DNA of 49,474 nucleotides, filler included, from Heptranchias perlo (taxonomy: Eukaryota): NCBI RefSeq assembly GCF_035084215.1. It is 3 parts of 3 records of this genome, joined end to end, with 100 filler letters (N's around TTAATTAATTAA, not from the genome) between each part and the next. Parts side by side here need not be neighbours in the genome. Positions count along the whole stretch, not along the records: positions 13,971 to 29,959 come from NC_090332.1; positions 30,060 to 49,474 come from NW_027139268.1; 1 more part is not named here. One strand, 5' to 3'. The translations under genes and the position numbers were made by a program. Shown piece after piece: positions 22,098-33,945 of the stretch (positions are counted from its first letter, which is position 1; every line of letters begins with the position of its first letter). A model generated the notes under the pieces. The model worked only from the letters and a program-made list of their open reading frames with translations. It was not told the DNA's origin and did not search any database.

Positions 22098-22400
22098 GAT
22101 TTTATGAGCTGAGTGACGGGGGCTCCTGCTCCCTGTCCAACTCCTGCACGTCCATGTACAGCGAGTGCATGTCGTCCTCCCAGAGCAGCTTGCTGTACTG
22201 CAGCCAGCAAGCCGAGACCAAGGCCAGCAAATCGGAGTACAGGCCTCGATCTGCCGACGAAACCACCGTGAAGTCAGCAGGCTTCAAGCAGCAAGGGCCG
22301 GGCAAGCGACCTGGGCCGGGGATCAGGACCACCGCTGAACCAGTGCTCACCGTTACCGCTGGGAAGCCAGGAGTCGCCAGGCCGAGACCGGTTTCTACAG
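22098..22400 (+). CDS. DACT2: Dapper homolog 2, exon 3
   Basis: ctgcag acceptor, g|gtagtt donor. GFYELSDGGSCSLSNSCTSMYSE...YRPRSADETTV...RPRPVSTG. Confidence 0.94.
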
Positions 22401-22449
22401 GTAGTTTTGCCTCTCGCTCTTGCATATACCTCGCGTTGTCCTAAAAGAA

Positions 22450-22915
22450 AAGACTTTCATTTATAAAGCGCCTTTCACCGACCTCAGGATGTCCCAAAGC
22501 GCCTTACAGCCAATGAAGTACTTTTTCAAGTGTCGTCACCGTTGCAATGTAGGAAATGCGGCTGCTAATTTGCGCACAGCAAGATCCCACAAACAGCAAT
22601 GTGATAATGATCAGATAATCTGTTTTTCTTTCAATGATGTTAGTTGAAGGATAAATATTGGCCAGAACGCCAGGGAGAACTCTCCTGTTCTTCGAAATAG
22701 TGTCATGGGATTTTACGTCCACCTGAGAGGGCTGATGGGGGGGGCCTCGGTTTAACGGTCTCATCCGAAAGACGGCACCTCCGACAGTGCAGCACTCCCT
22801 CAGTACTGCACTGGGAGCTTCGGCCTAGATTTTGTGCTCAAGTCTCTGGAGTAGGCCTTGACCCCACGACCATCTGACTCGGAGGCGAGAGGGCTACTCA
22901 CTGAGCCACGGTTGT
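22450..22915 (-). mobile_element. DeuSINE (SacSINE1-like), near full length
   Basis: Reverse complement of the family at 17545-17935. Confidence 0.82.
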
Positions 22916-23594
22916 CGCCCGTTGATGGTCAACGGGTCTGATCTGGTCACTTGCACTGGATACGGAAGCGAAGAGGGCATTAAAATCTTGAGGCACGAGA
23001 GAAACGGCGTAGCCTCGGACTCCACCTCCGCTGACGGAAGTGCCTCAGAGTTTAATGGTGTGCAAATGTACATATAAGGGAGATTTTCCCAGTGTGTACT
23101 CCTGACACAGAGCTTTGGGAATTTGTGTTGGGTGGAGGGGTCGCTGGGTCTGTGCAGGATTTTCCACTTGTTAAATAGAAGCCTGAAGACTTTGAGAGCA
23201 CAGTTCGAACTCACAAGAATCTTGAAATTATGCTGCCCGAAAATTGCGATAGCCAGTTTGAAATGGGTAGGTTAATGCCCCCATTAAAGTAATGGGGAGA
23301 GGAATTTCAAATCAACACACTTAAGTGTTTGGGTGCAGTTAACCCACGGTGTCATTTCGAAGTTGTCTGGGTGATGCAGATCCTTAGTGCCTACTTCACC
23401 TGCTGGGGGTGTGTCTATGGGTATAATGAGGTGAAAATATCCATATAATCCAAGGTTTGAAGTCTGTGTGTTTGGGTAACATAGACCCTCAGTGTTCACT
23501 TCATCCAGTGGAGAGGTGTAGAGATACACTTGAGTTCTTGGTGGTTGGGCTCTGCAGCCCAACGGGTCTGCACTTCACGTGATCAGGTGACGAA

Positions 23595-23935
23595 CGCTTC
23601 ACTGTCGGAGGTATCGCCTTTCGGATGAGACGTTAAACCGAGGCCCTGCCTGCCCTCTCGGGAGGACGTGAAAGATCCCAAGCCCACTATTTCGAAGAAG
23701 AGTAAGGGTGTTCTCCCCGGTGTGCTGACCAATATTTATCCCTCAACCAACATCACTAAAAATAGATTATCTGGTCATGCATCTAATTGCTGTTTGCGGG
23801 ATCTTGCTGTGCGTAAATTGGCTGCGCGTTTCCCACGTTGTAAAAGTGACAACACTTCAAAAGTACTTTGTTGGCTGTAAAGCACTTTGGGACGTCCTGA
23901 GGTTGTGAAAGGCGCTATATAAATGCAAATTCTTT
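23595..23935 (+). mobile_element. DeuSINE 3' part
   Basis: ctttcggatgagacgttaaaccgaggccc core and tail. Confidence 0.78.
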
Positions 23936-24301
23936 CTGTCTGTCTTTCCGGGTTTTTTTTCTTTCCTTATCTGTCTTCCTTTCTCTGTGGATATATTCAG
24001 AGCTTCACATTCCTGACTGACAGGGTGACATACCGAGTGGGGGGTAACATACCGAGTGGGGGGTAACATACCGAGTGGGGGGCGACGGAGCGAGTGAGGA
24101 GAAGGTGGACCAAGCGGGGGGGAGACGGACCGAGCGAGGGGGAGACGGACTGACTGACTGGGTGGGGGGGTACCGAGTGACCCACGGGAGACGTGACTGA
24201 CTGACTGACTGACAGACGCACCGGCTAACAGGTGACAGTACAATGAACAACGATTCCCAATATTGTGATGTGTATTTTTCTCCTTCTCACTCGCGATACA
24301 G

Positions 24302-25923
24302 GTGACTTGGAGAGATTCCAGCCGTCGCGGAGAGACCCTCCAACCCCCCCTGGTCTGAATGTTCTTCTGTTCGTACGTGCTGGCGGCGACCTACAGCCCC
24401 CGATTGCAGATCAGAAGTATCGATGCGATCTGGTCTCCAAGAACAGCGGCGACGTTTACAACTACCCTAGCCCCCTCCACGCCGTGGCCCTGCAGAGCCC
24501 TTTGTTCTGTCTGTCTGGGCAGGATGGCAGACGCAGTCTAACCTGCACAGCGCCTCCCAATCCAGCGATAAGGCCAATGCCACTCGAAGCCAGACTTGGT
24601 CACGTAAATAAACCAGCCCAACGTCACGTACATGAGATCAACGAGGCCTCCACCGACCGAGATCCTGAAACGAGTCCAAAAGCTGCCATGCCAGAAAAGG
24701 ACCTCTCTCGACCCGCCGAGGCCATGAGAAATAACAGTAACGGCGACGGAGTGAGGGGGCAATTCGAGAACGCTGCCCTCCCACGACAGGGCTCCAGCTG
24801 GAGACTCCCAGCAGAAACCGCTGCCATCGCTAGACTGAGGCGGCAGGAGGCTACCGGCCGCTCGACAGTCGCGCCCTCGGCTAATCGGTTGGCGGGAGAG
24901 CCTCCGGCCTCCGTCGGCGCTCGTCCGTTCACGCCCGTGGCCAGTGGCTCGGGCCTACCCGTGCGGTCCGATTCCAAACGGCTGACCTACAGCGACCCCA
25001 CCGCACCCGGTGCCGAAGCGCCTCGGAGGAGCGGCCAGAGGTACGGGGGCTCAGCCAGGAGAGGCGGGCAGGCCTGGCCCGGGAACGGTTTTGTGCATGC
25101 TCAGTTTGTGCCGGCAGAACCCCGGCTACGGGTGCAAACCGCACCGGCCGGCAGCAGAACCAAGGTGGTAAAGATCAAGAGGAGGAACGGCGAGAAGGTG
25201 CGAGCCGGGAAGCGGCTGCCCGTCCGAGCCGGCGAGGGCTTTAGGACAACCCCTGATGGAAATGGCGGCTGCAGGCCGCAACTGGGCAGCGGTACGACGG
25301 CAACGGCCGACGCGGGCCCGGAATCGGCGGGCCGCTCGTGCTCGGAGTCCAGCCTTTACCCCATGTGCGGCAGGCGGTCCCCGTCGTGTTACAGACCCTC
25401 CTTCCAGAGCTCCGCCCCCGATGCCAAGGCCCGCGAAGGAGGGACGACGGCAAAACAGCGCAGGTGGCTGTCGTCCGTCGAGATATTCGCCCAGGCCCCC
25501 GCTGCCGGCGAGCTGTGCCGGGGAGCCCACCGGCAGAGAGCGGGGAGGGTTGGGGTGGCCAGGGGCAATGCAGGCTTCAGTCGGCCATCTAGGGACCAGG
25601 CCCGGAGCGAGTCGGACCAGTCTGAGTATTCGGCCGAGTGCGCCTCGCTCTTCCACTCCACCGTGGCCGAGACCAGCGGGGACGAGCGGAGCGACCACAC
25701 GGCCAACTGCTTCGGTGACGGCGAGTCGAGCGACGGAGGCCTGAGCATCCCCGCGGGGGGCAGTAGCTCCCTCGTCTGGCCGCAGGGCTCCGAGACGGCG
25801 GGGGCGACCAGCCGGAGCAGCCATTCCGAGGCCAGGATTTGCCGCATAAAGGCGTCGAAAGCACTGAAGAAAAAGATCCGGAGATTCCAACCCGAGACCT
25901 TAAAGATTATGACCATGGTTTAA
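24302..25923 (+). CDS. DACT2: Dapper homolog 2, terminal exon 4
   Basis: gatacag acceptor, phase 1. GDLERF...KYRCDLVSKNSGDVYNYPSPLHAVALQSPLF...FVHAQFVP...SEYSAECASLFHST...CRIKASKALKKKIRRFQPETLKIMTMV*; the MTMV PDZ-binding end is DACT2-type. Confidence 0.95.
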
Positions 25924-26196
25924 GGGGAAGCGGAGGGGCGTGAACCCCTGGCGTATCCCATGGAGACAGCACATTGGGAACTGTTGTCCCCAGAAACAAA
26001 GGAAATTACCTCCTAAAAGAAGAGCGACATTCAGTCGTGAACTGCAAGTGACCCCTGTGTTAATGCAAGGGCCCTTTTTTATACAAGTGACTAACTGGGC
26101 TCAGTCTTATCTAACTTGCTCTGTTGTCTTTTTACCGTGTATAATAATTCGTTTTCCTATTTCGACCGTTGAAAAGGGCATTTGTGTGAAAATATG

Positions 26197-26202
26197 AATA
26201 AA
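26197..26202 (+). promoter_or_regulatory. Probable DACT2 polyadenylation signal
   Basis: AATAAA about 275 nt after the stop codon, with GT/T-rich sequence downstream. Confidence 0.55.
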
Positions 26203-26919
26203 AATACCACATTGTGATAGCGGACGTGGCCAGTTTCTTTCTCGGTGTAGTGTTCACATAGCGATGGATCGACAGGGCAGCAGAGGTAAACTCGGTGCAG
26301 GGGCTACTGGTTCCAGGTCACTTTGGGCAGTCGACAGTTTCTTGTCCACCATGGTGCAGGGTTAAAATACCAGGGAGCAGAAGATAAACCTCATCGGGGC
26401 GTTGGGAATAAGAGAAGTCAGACTCATCGTCTTAAACCCAAAGGATAATATTGCTGTGGAACAAGTCACCGGGAAGACCTATGAAGCAGGCAGTGTAAAT
26501 AGTTCCACAGTCCGAAGAACAGAAAATGCTGGAAATACTCAACAGTTCAGGCAGCATCTGTGGAGAGAGAAACAGTCAAACGTTAACTCTCTCTCTCTCC
26601 ACAGGTGCTGCCTGACCTGCTGAGTATTTCCAGCATTTTCTGCTTTTATTTCAGATTCCCAGCATCCGCAGTATTTTGCTTTTGACCTAAAACACGTTAT
26701 CTGGCCATTTATCACATTGCTGTTTGTGGGATCTTGCTGTGCGCAAGTTGGCTGCCGCGTTTCCTACATTACAACAGTGACTACACTTCAAAAGTACTTC
26801 GTTGGTTGGAAAGTGCTTCGGGAGGTCGTGAAGGGCACGATATAAATGCAAGTTCATTCTTTAAATGGGTTCAATGGGCAATTGAGTATCTTTTGGATAG
26901 ATGGGAGTTGCTTTTTTTT

Positions 26920-27630
26920 TTATTCGTTCATGGGATGTGGGCGTCGCTGGCGAGGCCGGCATTTATTGCCCATCCCTAATTGCCCTTGAGAAGGTGGTGG
27001 TGAGCCGTCTTCTTGAACCGCTGCAGTCCGTGTGGTGAAGGTTCTCCCACAGTGCTGTTAGGAAGGGAGTTCCAGGATTTTGACCCAGCGACAATGAAGG
27101 AACGGGCGATATATTTCCAAATCGGGATGGTGTGCAACTTGGAGGGGAACGTGCAGATGGTGTTGTTCCCATGTACCTGCTGCTCTTGTCCTTCTAGGTG
27201 GTAGAGGTCGCGGGTTTGGGAGGTGCTGTCGAAGAAGCCTTGGCGAATTGCTACAGTGCATCCTGTGGATGGTACACACTGCAGCCACAGTGCTCCGGTG
27301 GTGAAGGGAATGAATGTTTAGGGTGGTGGATGGGATGCCAATCAAGCAGGCTGCTTTGTCCTGGATGATGTTGAGCTTCTGGAGTGTTGTTGGAGCTGCA
27401 CTCATCCAGGCAAGTGGAGAGTATTCCATCACACTCTTGACTTGTGCCTTGTAGATGGTGGAAAGGCTTTGGGGAGTCTGGAGGTGAGTCACTCGCCGCA
27501 GAATACCCAGCCTCTGACCTGCTCTTGTATCCACAGTAATTATATGGCTGGTCCAGTTAAGTTTCTAGTCAATGGTGACCCCCAGGATGTTGATGGTGGG
27601 GGATTTGGCGATGGTAATGCCGTTGAATGT
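26920..27630 (-). mobile_element. CR1/L2-group LINE 3' fragment
   Basis: RAGQRLGILRRV...IYKAQVKSVMEYSPLAW on the minus strand. Confidence 0.88.
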
Positions 27631-28107
27631 CTATTAAAAAGGGATGGGCTTATTTGAAACTAATGGTCTTTTCCGGTTCCAAAAAAAAATTAATTCTTAT
27701 CTTCTTACCTGATTTATTTATATTGAATTTTTGCTCGTGACTAACAGATAAGAAATGGCCAAAATTACGGTGCACAATCAATCAAACTTCCCTGATTGGT
27801 TAGTTAGTTAGTTAAAGGTTGGAGCTGCTGGTTATTTAGTTAAAGGTTGAAGGTGCTGGTTAATTAGTTAAAGGTTGATGGTGTGGTGCCAAGGCATGTA
27901 AACCAGAAGGCTCCATGTTCCGATTGCTGTGTTAGCTGATTCGAGCTGGGCATGATGTAGAACTGCTATAAACTGTCCTCTGGGCTGAGGTTGGGGGGGT
28001 GCAAAATCAGCCTGGATTCCCAGTCTTGATTGCTTGTTTGGGCGACGAGTAGGGACTGCAATAGCGTCTGTTGTGACGGCCTCCGTGGTTACATAGCCAG
28101 GCTTCCT

Positions 28108-28270
28108 CATAAGAACATAAGAAATAGGAGCAGGAGTAGGCCAATCGGCCCCTCGAGCCTGCTCCGCCATTCAATAAGATCATGGCTGATCTGATCCTAA
28201 CCTCAAATCTAAATTCATGTCCAATTTCCTGCCCGCTCCCCGTAACCCCTAATTCCCTTTACTTCTAGAA
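28108..28270 (-). mobile_element. Short CR1 3' end, apparently identical to 6071-6232
   Basis: Base-by-base reading shows a reverse-complement match over about 160 bp. Confidence 0.85.
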
Positions 28271-29154
28271 CTCATGAAGAATGGTTTCAGGGCCTGCGGT
28301 ACTGAACTGAACCCCAACAAGGAATCAACGCTTTCAGGAGACGAGTAGAGAAAAGGGGAAAGAAAAAGGAAAAAAACAAACTTTAGAAAGATAACACTAT
28401 TCCTAGCCTGAGACTGACTCGCTGGTATTCGCGGGAGGACACCTTGGTATGATGTTCCTATTTTAGCAGAGGCACTAATCCGTTCAAAATAAACAGGTTA
28501 ACTCCCGCATTAAAGTAGTGCTCGGGAATGTCAGACGGATGCGTGAAGTTTTATTTTGTTTGCCAATATCACCAGCAGTCGTTCCTAGGCTCCTAGCTCT
28601 GACTACAGCTGCCACTTCAAGGGCTTTGTATCCATCCCATCATCACCCGTTCCTGCCCATGCTTCAAAGTGCCCTGGTATAACTGGACACGGCACTATTA
28701 ACACTGGGTTTGAGAGCTCCTTTCACTCGCAGGAAGTGATTAAATGGTTAACGGTGCATGAAAGAACTGATCATAAAATCCTTGTGCCTGGAGTACATTC
28801 AGTCAAGTGGACATGTGCAGAAGTTTCCTGTACCAGCTTACTGAAGCACATTAAAAGTAAAGCATAGACGCAGCATCTGAACAGTTCTGACCAAAGGTCT
28901 TCGACCTGAAACATTAACTCTGTCTCTTTCTCCACAGACGCTGCCTCACTTGCTGAGCTTCTCCCGCGTTTTGTGTTTTTATTTCAGATTTCCAGCGTCC
29001 GTAGTATTTTGCTTTTGTTGAAGTAAAGTGTTATGTTGTAATTAGATTTGAGCAGCATTAGTATTTATTTGATTCATTGGTAGTCCTGTTCTCCACTGGC
29101 ATTATTATGGGATATTGTGTTGCAACTGTTTCTGTTAGTGTTTATTTTTTTAAA

Positions 29155-29625
29155 AAACCTTGCATTTAAATAGCACCTTTCACAATCTCAGGATATCCCA
29201 AAGCGCTTTACAGTCAATGACATACTTTTGAAGTGTAGTCACTGTTGTAATGTAAGAAACACAGCAGCCAATTTGCTCACAGCAAGGTCCCACAAACAGC
29301 AACGTGATCATGACCAGATACTCTGTTTTTGTTTTAATGAGTTTGGTTGAGGTATAAATAGTGGCCAGGGCACTGAGGAGAACTCCCCTGCTCTTCTTCG
29401 AAACAGTGCTGTGGAATCTTTTGACGTCCACCTGAGGGGGCAGACGGGGCCTCGGTTTAACGTCTCATCCGAAGGACGACTCGTCCGACAGTGCAGCACT
29501 CCCTCAGTACTGCACTGGGAGTGTCGGCCTGGATTGTGTGCTCGAATATCTGGAGTGGGACTTGAACCCACAATCTTCCAGAATGAGAGGTGAGAGAATT
29601 ACCCAATGAGCAACAGCTGACACTA
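29155..29625 (-). mobile_element. DeuSINE (SacSINE1-like), near full length
   Basis: Same family as 22450-22915. Confidence 0.82.
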
Positions 29626-29959
29626 AGTGGCTCCAGAGGGCCTTAAATAAAAACCTTTGGAAGTAACCAAATGAGAGGCGATGAGGGACAAAACGGCACG
29701 CCCCCCCCCTGCTCTCTCCAATAGTGGATGATGCTGCAAGAATGATCACAGTTCCTTGCTAGGGCCTCTCTTTGTTATTTGCCTAACTAACCGCATTGTA
29801 TTCACCAGGCAGCAGGTACTTAAAGCACGGCCATTGCCGACAGGCAGCATCGACAAATTAATCGCCCGGGGTCAAAAAAAAAAAGAAATGAAACTCTTCA
29901 TGTGTTCGCAGTGCAGCCCCGAGAGCCTCTTCATCCAACAGAAGTGGGCTGAGGGCTTA

Positions 29960-30059
29960 NNNNNNNNNNNNNNNNNNNNNNNNNNNNNNNNNNNNNNNNN
30001 NNNTTAATTAATTAANNNNNNNNNNNNNNNNNNNNNNNNNNNNNNNNNNNNNNNNNNNN
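29960..30059. other. Artificial contig spacer N44-TTAATTAATTAA-N44
   Basis: Identical to 13871-13970. Confidence 0.95.
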
Positions 30060-30980
30060 AGTACTGAGGGAGTGATGCACTGTCGGAGGGGCAGTACTGA
30101 GGGAGTGATGCACTCTCGGAGAGGCAGTACTGAGGGAGTGATGCATTGTCGGAGAGGCAGTACTGAGGGAGTGATGCATTGTCGGAGGGGCAGTACTGAG
30201 GGAGTGATGCACTGTGGGAGGGGCAGTACTGAGGGAGTGATGCATTGTCGGAGAGGCAGTACTGAGGGAGTGATGCATTGTCGGAGAGGCAGTACTGAGG
30301 GAGTGATGCATTGTCGGAGAGGCAGTACTGAGGGAGTGCTGCACTGTCGGAGGGGCAGTACTGAGGGAGTGATGCACTGTCGGAGAGGCAGTACTGAGGG
30401 AGTGATGCATTGTCGGAGAGGCAGTACTGAGGGAGTGATGCATTGTCGGAGGGGCAGTACTGAGTGAGTGATGCATTGTCGGAGGGGCAGTACTGAGGGA
30501 GTGATGCATTGTCGGAGAGGCAATACTGAGGGAGTGATGCATTGTCGGAGGGACAGTACTGAGGGAGTGATGCATTGTCGGAGAGGCAGTACTGAGGGAG
30601 TGCTGCACTGTCGGAGGGGCAGTACTGAGGGAGTGATGCACTGTCGGAGAGGCAGTACTGAGGGAGTGATGCATTGTCGGAGAGGCAGTACTGAGGGAGT
30701 GATGCATTGTCGGAGGGGCAGTACTGAGGGAGTGATGCATTGTCGGAGGGGCAGTACTGAGGGAGTGATGCATTGTCGGAGAGGCAATACTGAGGGAGTG
30801 ATGCATTGTCGGAGAGGCAATACTGAGGGAGTGATGCATTGTCGGAGGGACAGTACTGAGGGAGTGATGCATTGTCGGAGAGGCAGTACTGAGGGAGTGC
30901 TGCACTGTCGGAGGGGCAGTACTGAGGGAGTGCTGCATTGTCGGAGGGGCAGTACTGAGGGAGTGCTGCACTGTCGGAGA
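30060..30980. repeat. 33-bp minisatellite (about 28 copies) derived from the DeuSINE core
   Basis: Unit gtactgagggagtgatgcattgtcggagaggca; the last unit runs on into normal SINE sequence (tgccgtccttcagatgagacgttaaatcgaggccc). Confidence 0.92.
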
Positions 30981-31302
30981 TGCCGTCCTTCAGATGAGAC
31001 GTTAAATCGAGGCCCCGTCTTCCTGTTCAAACGAACATAAAAAGAACCAATTGCTCCCATTTCTCCCTCAATCCACACCAATAAAAACAGATGAACAAAT
31101 CAATCATCTCATTGCCATTTGCTGTGCTGAAAATGTCTGCCATGTTACTCCCAGATAGTGCCAATGACCAGGTCATCCCAAGTCATTTAATGGGTGTAAA
31201 GTGGTTCGGGACATTTCTCCGAGACAGGATAAGGCTCTATATGGATACAAATCCTTTCCTCCTGTCAGTCGATAGCTGCACCGAATCTGTGAGGATACTC
31301 AC

Positions 31303-31563
31303 TCGAGGCACCGTGTTGCTGTCGGTAAAATATCTCGGCGTTTCCTCTGACCAGACCATGGAACCCCGCCATTGTGATGGCGATGGCGTCCCAGTGATGG
31401 TTGTCGAAGGAGTCGGCCATCCACTGCTGTCTGGGCACAGTCCGCTGAAGGGTGCTGTCGAAATACACTATCTCATAGTCATCGAGCATCGCGACCAAGC
31501 TGTACTCGGGCATCTCGGCCCCGCCACGGCTCAGTATGTAGTAAAATGCGAGGATGTGGAAAT
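31303..31563 (-). CDS. MHC class I-like heavy chain, alpha1-domain exon (non-classical)
   Basis: Minus-strand cctgcag acceptor and a|gtgagt donor, 261 nt, phase 1/1. (D)FHILAFYYILSRGGAEMPEYSLVAMLDDYEIVYFDSTLQRTVPRQQWMADSFDNHHWDAIAITMAGFHGLVRGNAEIFYRQQHGAS retains the class I alpha1 landmarks H3, PE, LDD, YFDS, PRxxW and W60. Confidence 0.88.
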
Positions 31564-31651
31564 CTGCAGGATCACAGACAGAAACCAGTCTCAAAAATGA
31601 CGTTAATCATAAGTAACTCAAAGTGGAAACGGCTAATGCTGAGCCTGGTTA

Positions 31652-32460
31652 GACCATAAGACCATAAGAGATAGCAGCAGGAGTAGGCCATTCAGCCCCT
31701 CGAGCCTGCTCCGCCATTCAATGAGATCATGGCTGATCTGATTTTTACCTCAACTCCACTTTCCCGCCCTTTCCCCATATCGTTTGACTCCCTTGCTGAT
31801 CAAAAATTTGTCTAACTCAGCCTTGAATGTGTTCAATGACTCCACAGCTTTTTGGGATAAAGAATTCCAAAGATTCACAACCCTCTGGGAGAAGAAATTC
31901 CTCCTCATTTCCGTCTTAAACGGGCAACCCCTTATTCTGAGACTATGCCCCCTAGTTTTAGATTCCCCCATGAGGGGTAACGTCCTCTCAGCATCTACCC
32001 TATCGAGTCCCCTCAGAATCTTGTATTTTTCATAAGATCTCCTCTCATTCTTCTAAACTCCAATGAGTATAGACCCAACCTGTTCAATCTTTCCTCATAA
32101 GACAACCCTTCCATACCCGGAATCAACCTCGTGAACCTTCTCTGAACTGCCTCCAATGCAAGTATGTCCTTAAATAAGGTCACCAGAACTGTACGCAGTA
32201 CTCCTGGTGTGGTCTCACCAGCACCCTGTACAGTTGTAGCATGACTTCCCTGCTTTTATACTCCATCCCCCTAGAAATAAAGGCCAATACTCCGTTTGCC
32301 TTCCGGATTACCTGCTGCACCTGTATGTTGACTTTTTGTGTTTCATGTAGGAGGACACCCAGATCCCTCTGTACCGCAGCATTTTGTATTATTTCTCCAT
32401 TCAAATAATATTTTGCTTTTTTATTTTTCCTCCCAAAGTGGATGACTTCACATTTTCCCA
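31652..32460 (-). mobile_element. CR1 LINE 3' fragment
   Basis: GKCEVIHFGRKN...RDLGVL...[17 protein letters not shown] and 3' UTR. Confidence 0.9.
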
Positions 32461-32589
32461 TATTAGGCCACAGTGAGGACGTTGCGTCCGATTTTGGATA
32501 CCATGTGTTGAAGAGGATGTCAAGCTCACGGAGAAGGTCGGGAAGAGATTTGCTCGGGCGATCCCAGGGAATCTGGTGGACAGCTACAA

Positions 32590-33210
32590 AAATGGAATGG
32601 CGAATGGAACGTTGGCCTTTATCTCGGGGGCTGGAATACAAAGGGGAGGAAGTTATGTTCCAGCTGTTCAGAGCTCTGGTCAGACCACATCTGGAGATAC
32701 TGTGTTCAGTTCTGGGCACCGCACCTCAGGAAGGATAGATTGGCCTTGGAGATTTAGCAGAATGATACCGGGGCTTAGAGGGTTAAATTATGAGGACAGG
32801 TTGCATCGACGAGGCTTGTATTCCCTTGAGTGTAGAAGATTAAGGGGTGATCCAATTGAGGTGTTTGAGATGATTAAAGGATTTGATAGGGGAGATAGAG
32901 AGAAACTATTTCCTCTGGTGGGGGGAGTCCAGAACAAGGGGGCGTCACCTTAAAATTAGAGCTAGGCCGTTCAGGGGTGATGTCAGGAAACTCTTCCACA
33001 CACAAAGGGGAGTGGAAATCTGGAACTCTCTCCCCCAAAAAGCTGTTGAGGCTGGGGGTCAATTGAAAATTTCAAAACTGAGATTGATGGATTTCTGTCA
33101 GGTAAGGGTATTAAGGGATACGGAACCAAGGCTGGAGATGGAGTTAAGATATGCATCAAGCCATGATGTAATTGAATGGCAGAACAGGCTCGAGGGGCTG
33201 AATGGCCTCC
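32590..33210 (+). mobile_element. CR1 LINE 3' fragment
   Basis: Frameshifted ORF2 C-terminus and 3' hairpin. Confidence 0.85.
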
Positions 33211-33282
33211 TCCAACACCGAGGTTCCGATGAGAGGCTTCAGTTATGAGAACAGACTGGGATTCTTTTCACTGGTACAGAGA

Positions 33283-33945
33283 TAAGAACATAAGAAACAG
33301 GAACAGGAGTAGGCCATCTGGCCCCTCGAGCCTGCTCCACCATTCAACAAGATCATGGCTGATCTCCTACCTCAACGCCATTTTCCTGCACTATCCCCAT
33401 ATCCCTTGATGCCTTTAATATCTGGAAATCTATCGATCTCTGTTTTGAATATACTCAATGACTGAGCCTCCACAGCCCTCTGGGGTAGAGAATTCCAAAG
33501 ATTCACCACCCTCTGAGTGAAGAAATTTCTCCTCATCTCAGTCCTAAATGACCTACCCCTTATTCTGAGACTGTGACCCCTGGTCCTAGACGCCCCAGCC
33601 AAGGGAAACATCCTCCCTGCGTCTGCCCTGTCGAGCCCTGTAAGAATTTTGTATGTTTCAATGAGATCACCTCTCATTCTTCTCAACTCTAGAGAATACA
33701 GGCCCAGTCTACTCAATCCCTCCTCATACGACAATCCCGCCATCCCAGGAATCAGTCTGGTGAACCTTTGTTGCACTTCCTCTACGGCAAGTATATCCTT
33801 TCTTGGGTAAGGAGACCAAAACTGCACACAATACTCCAGGTGTGGTCTCACCAAGGCCCTGTATAATTGCAGTAAGACATCTTTACTCCTGCACTCAAAT
33901 CCTCTTGTAATAAAGGCCAACATACCATTTGCCTTCCTAATTGCT
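33283..33945 (-). mobile_element. CR1 LINE 3' fragment
   Basis: MLAFITRG...RPHLEYCVQFWSP...RMRGDLIETYKI. Confidence 0.9.

Noticed and set aside
24302-25923. DACT1, DACT3 or DACT4 identity
   Set aside because: The LKTHL exon 2 motif, RPRSADETTV, ASKALKKKIRRFQP and the MTMV terminus match DACT2 as I recall it, not the MTTV-ending DACT1/3. A phylogeny would be the formal test.
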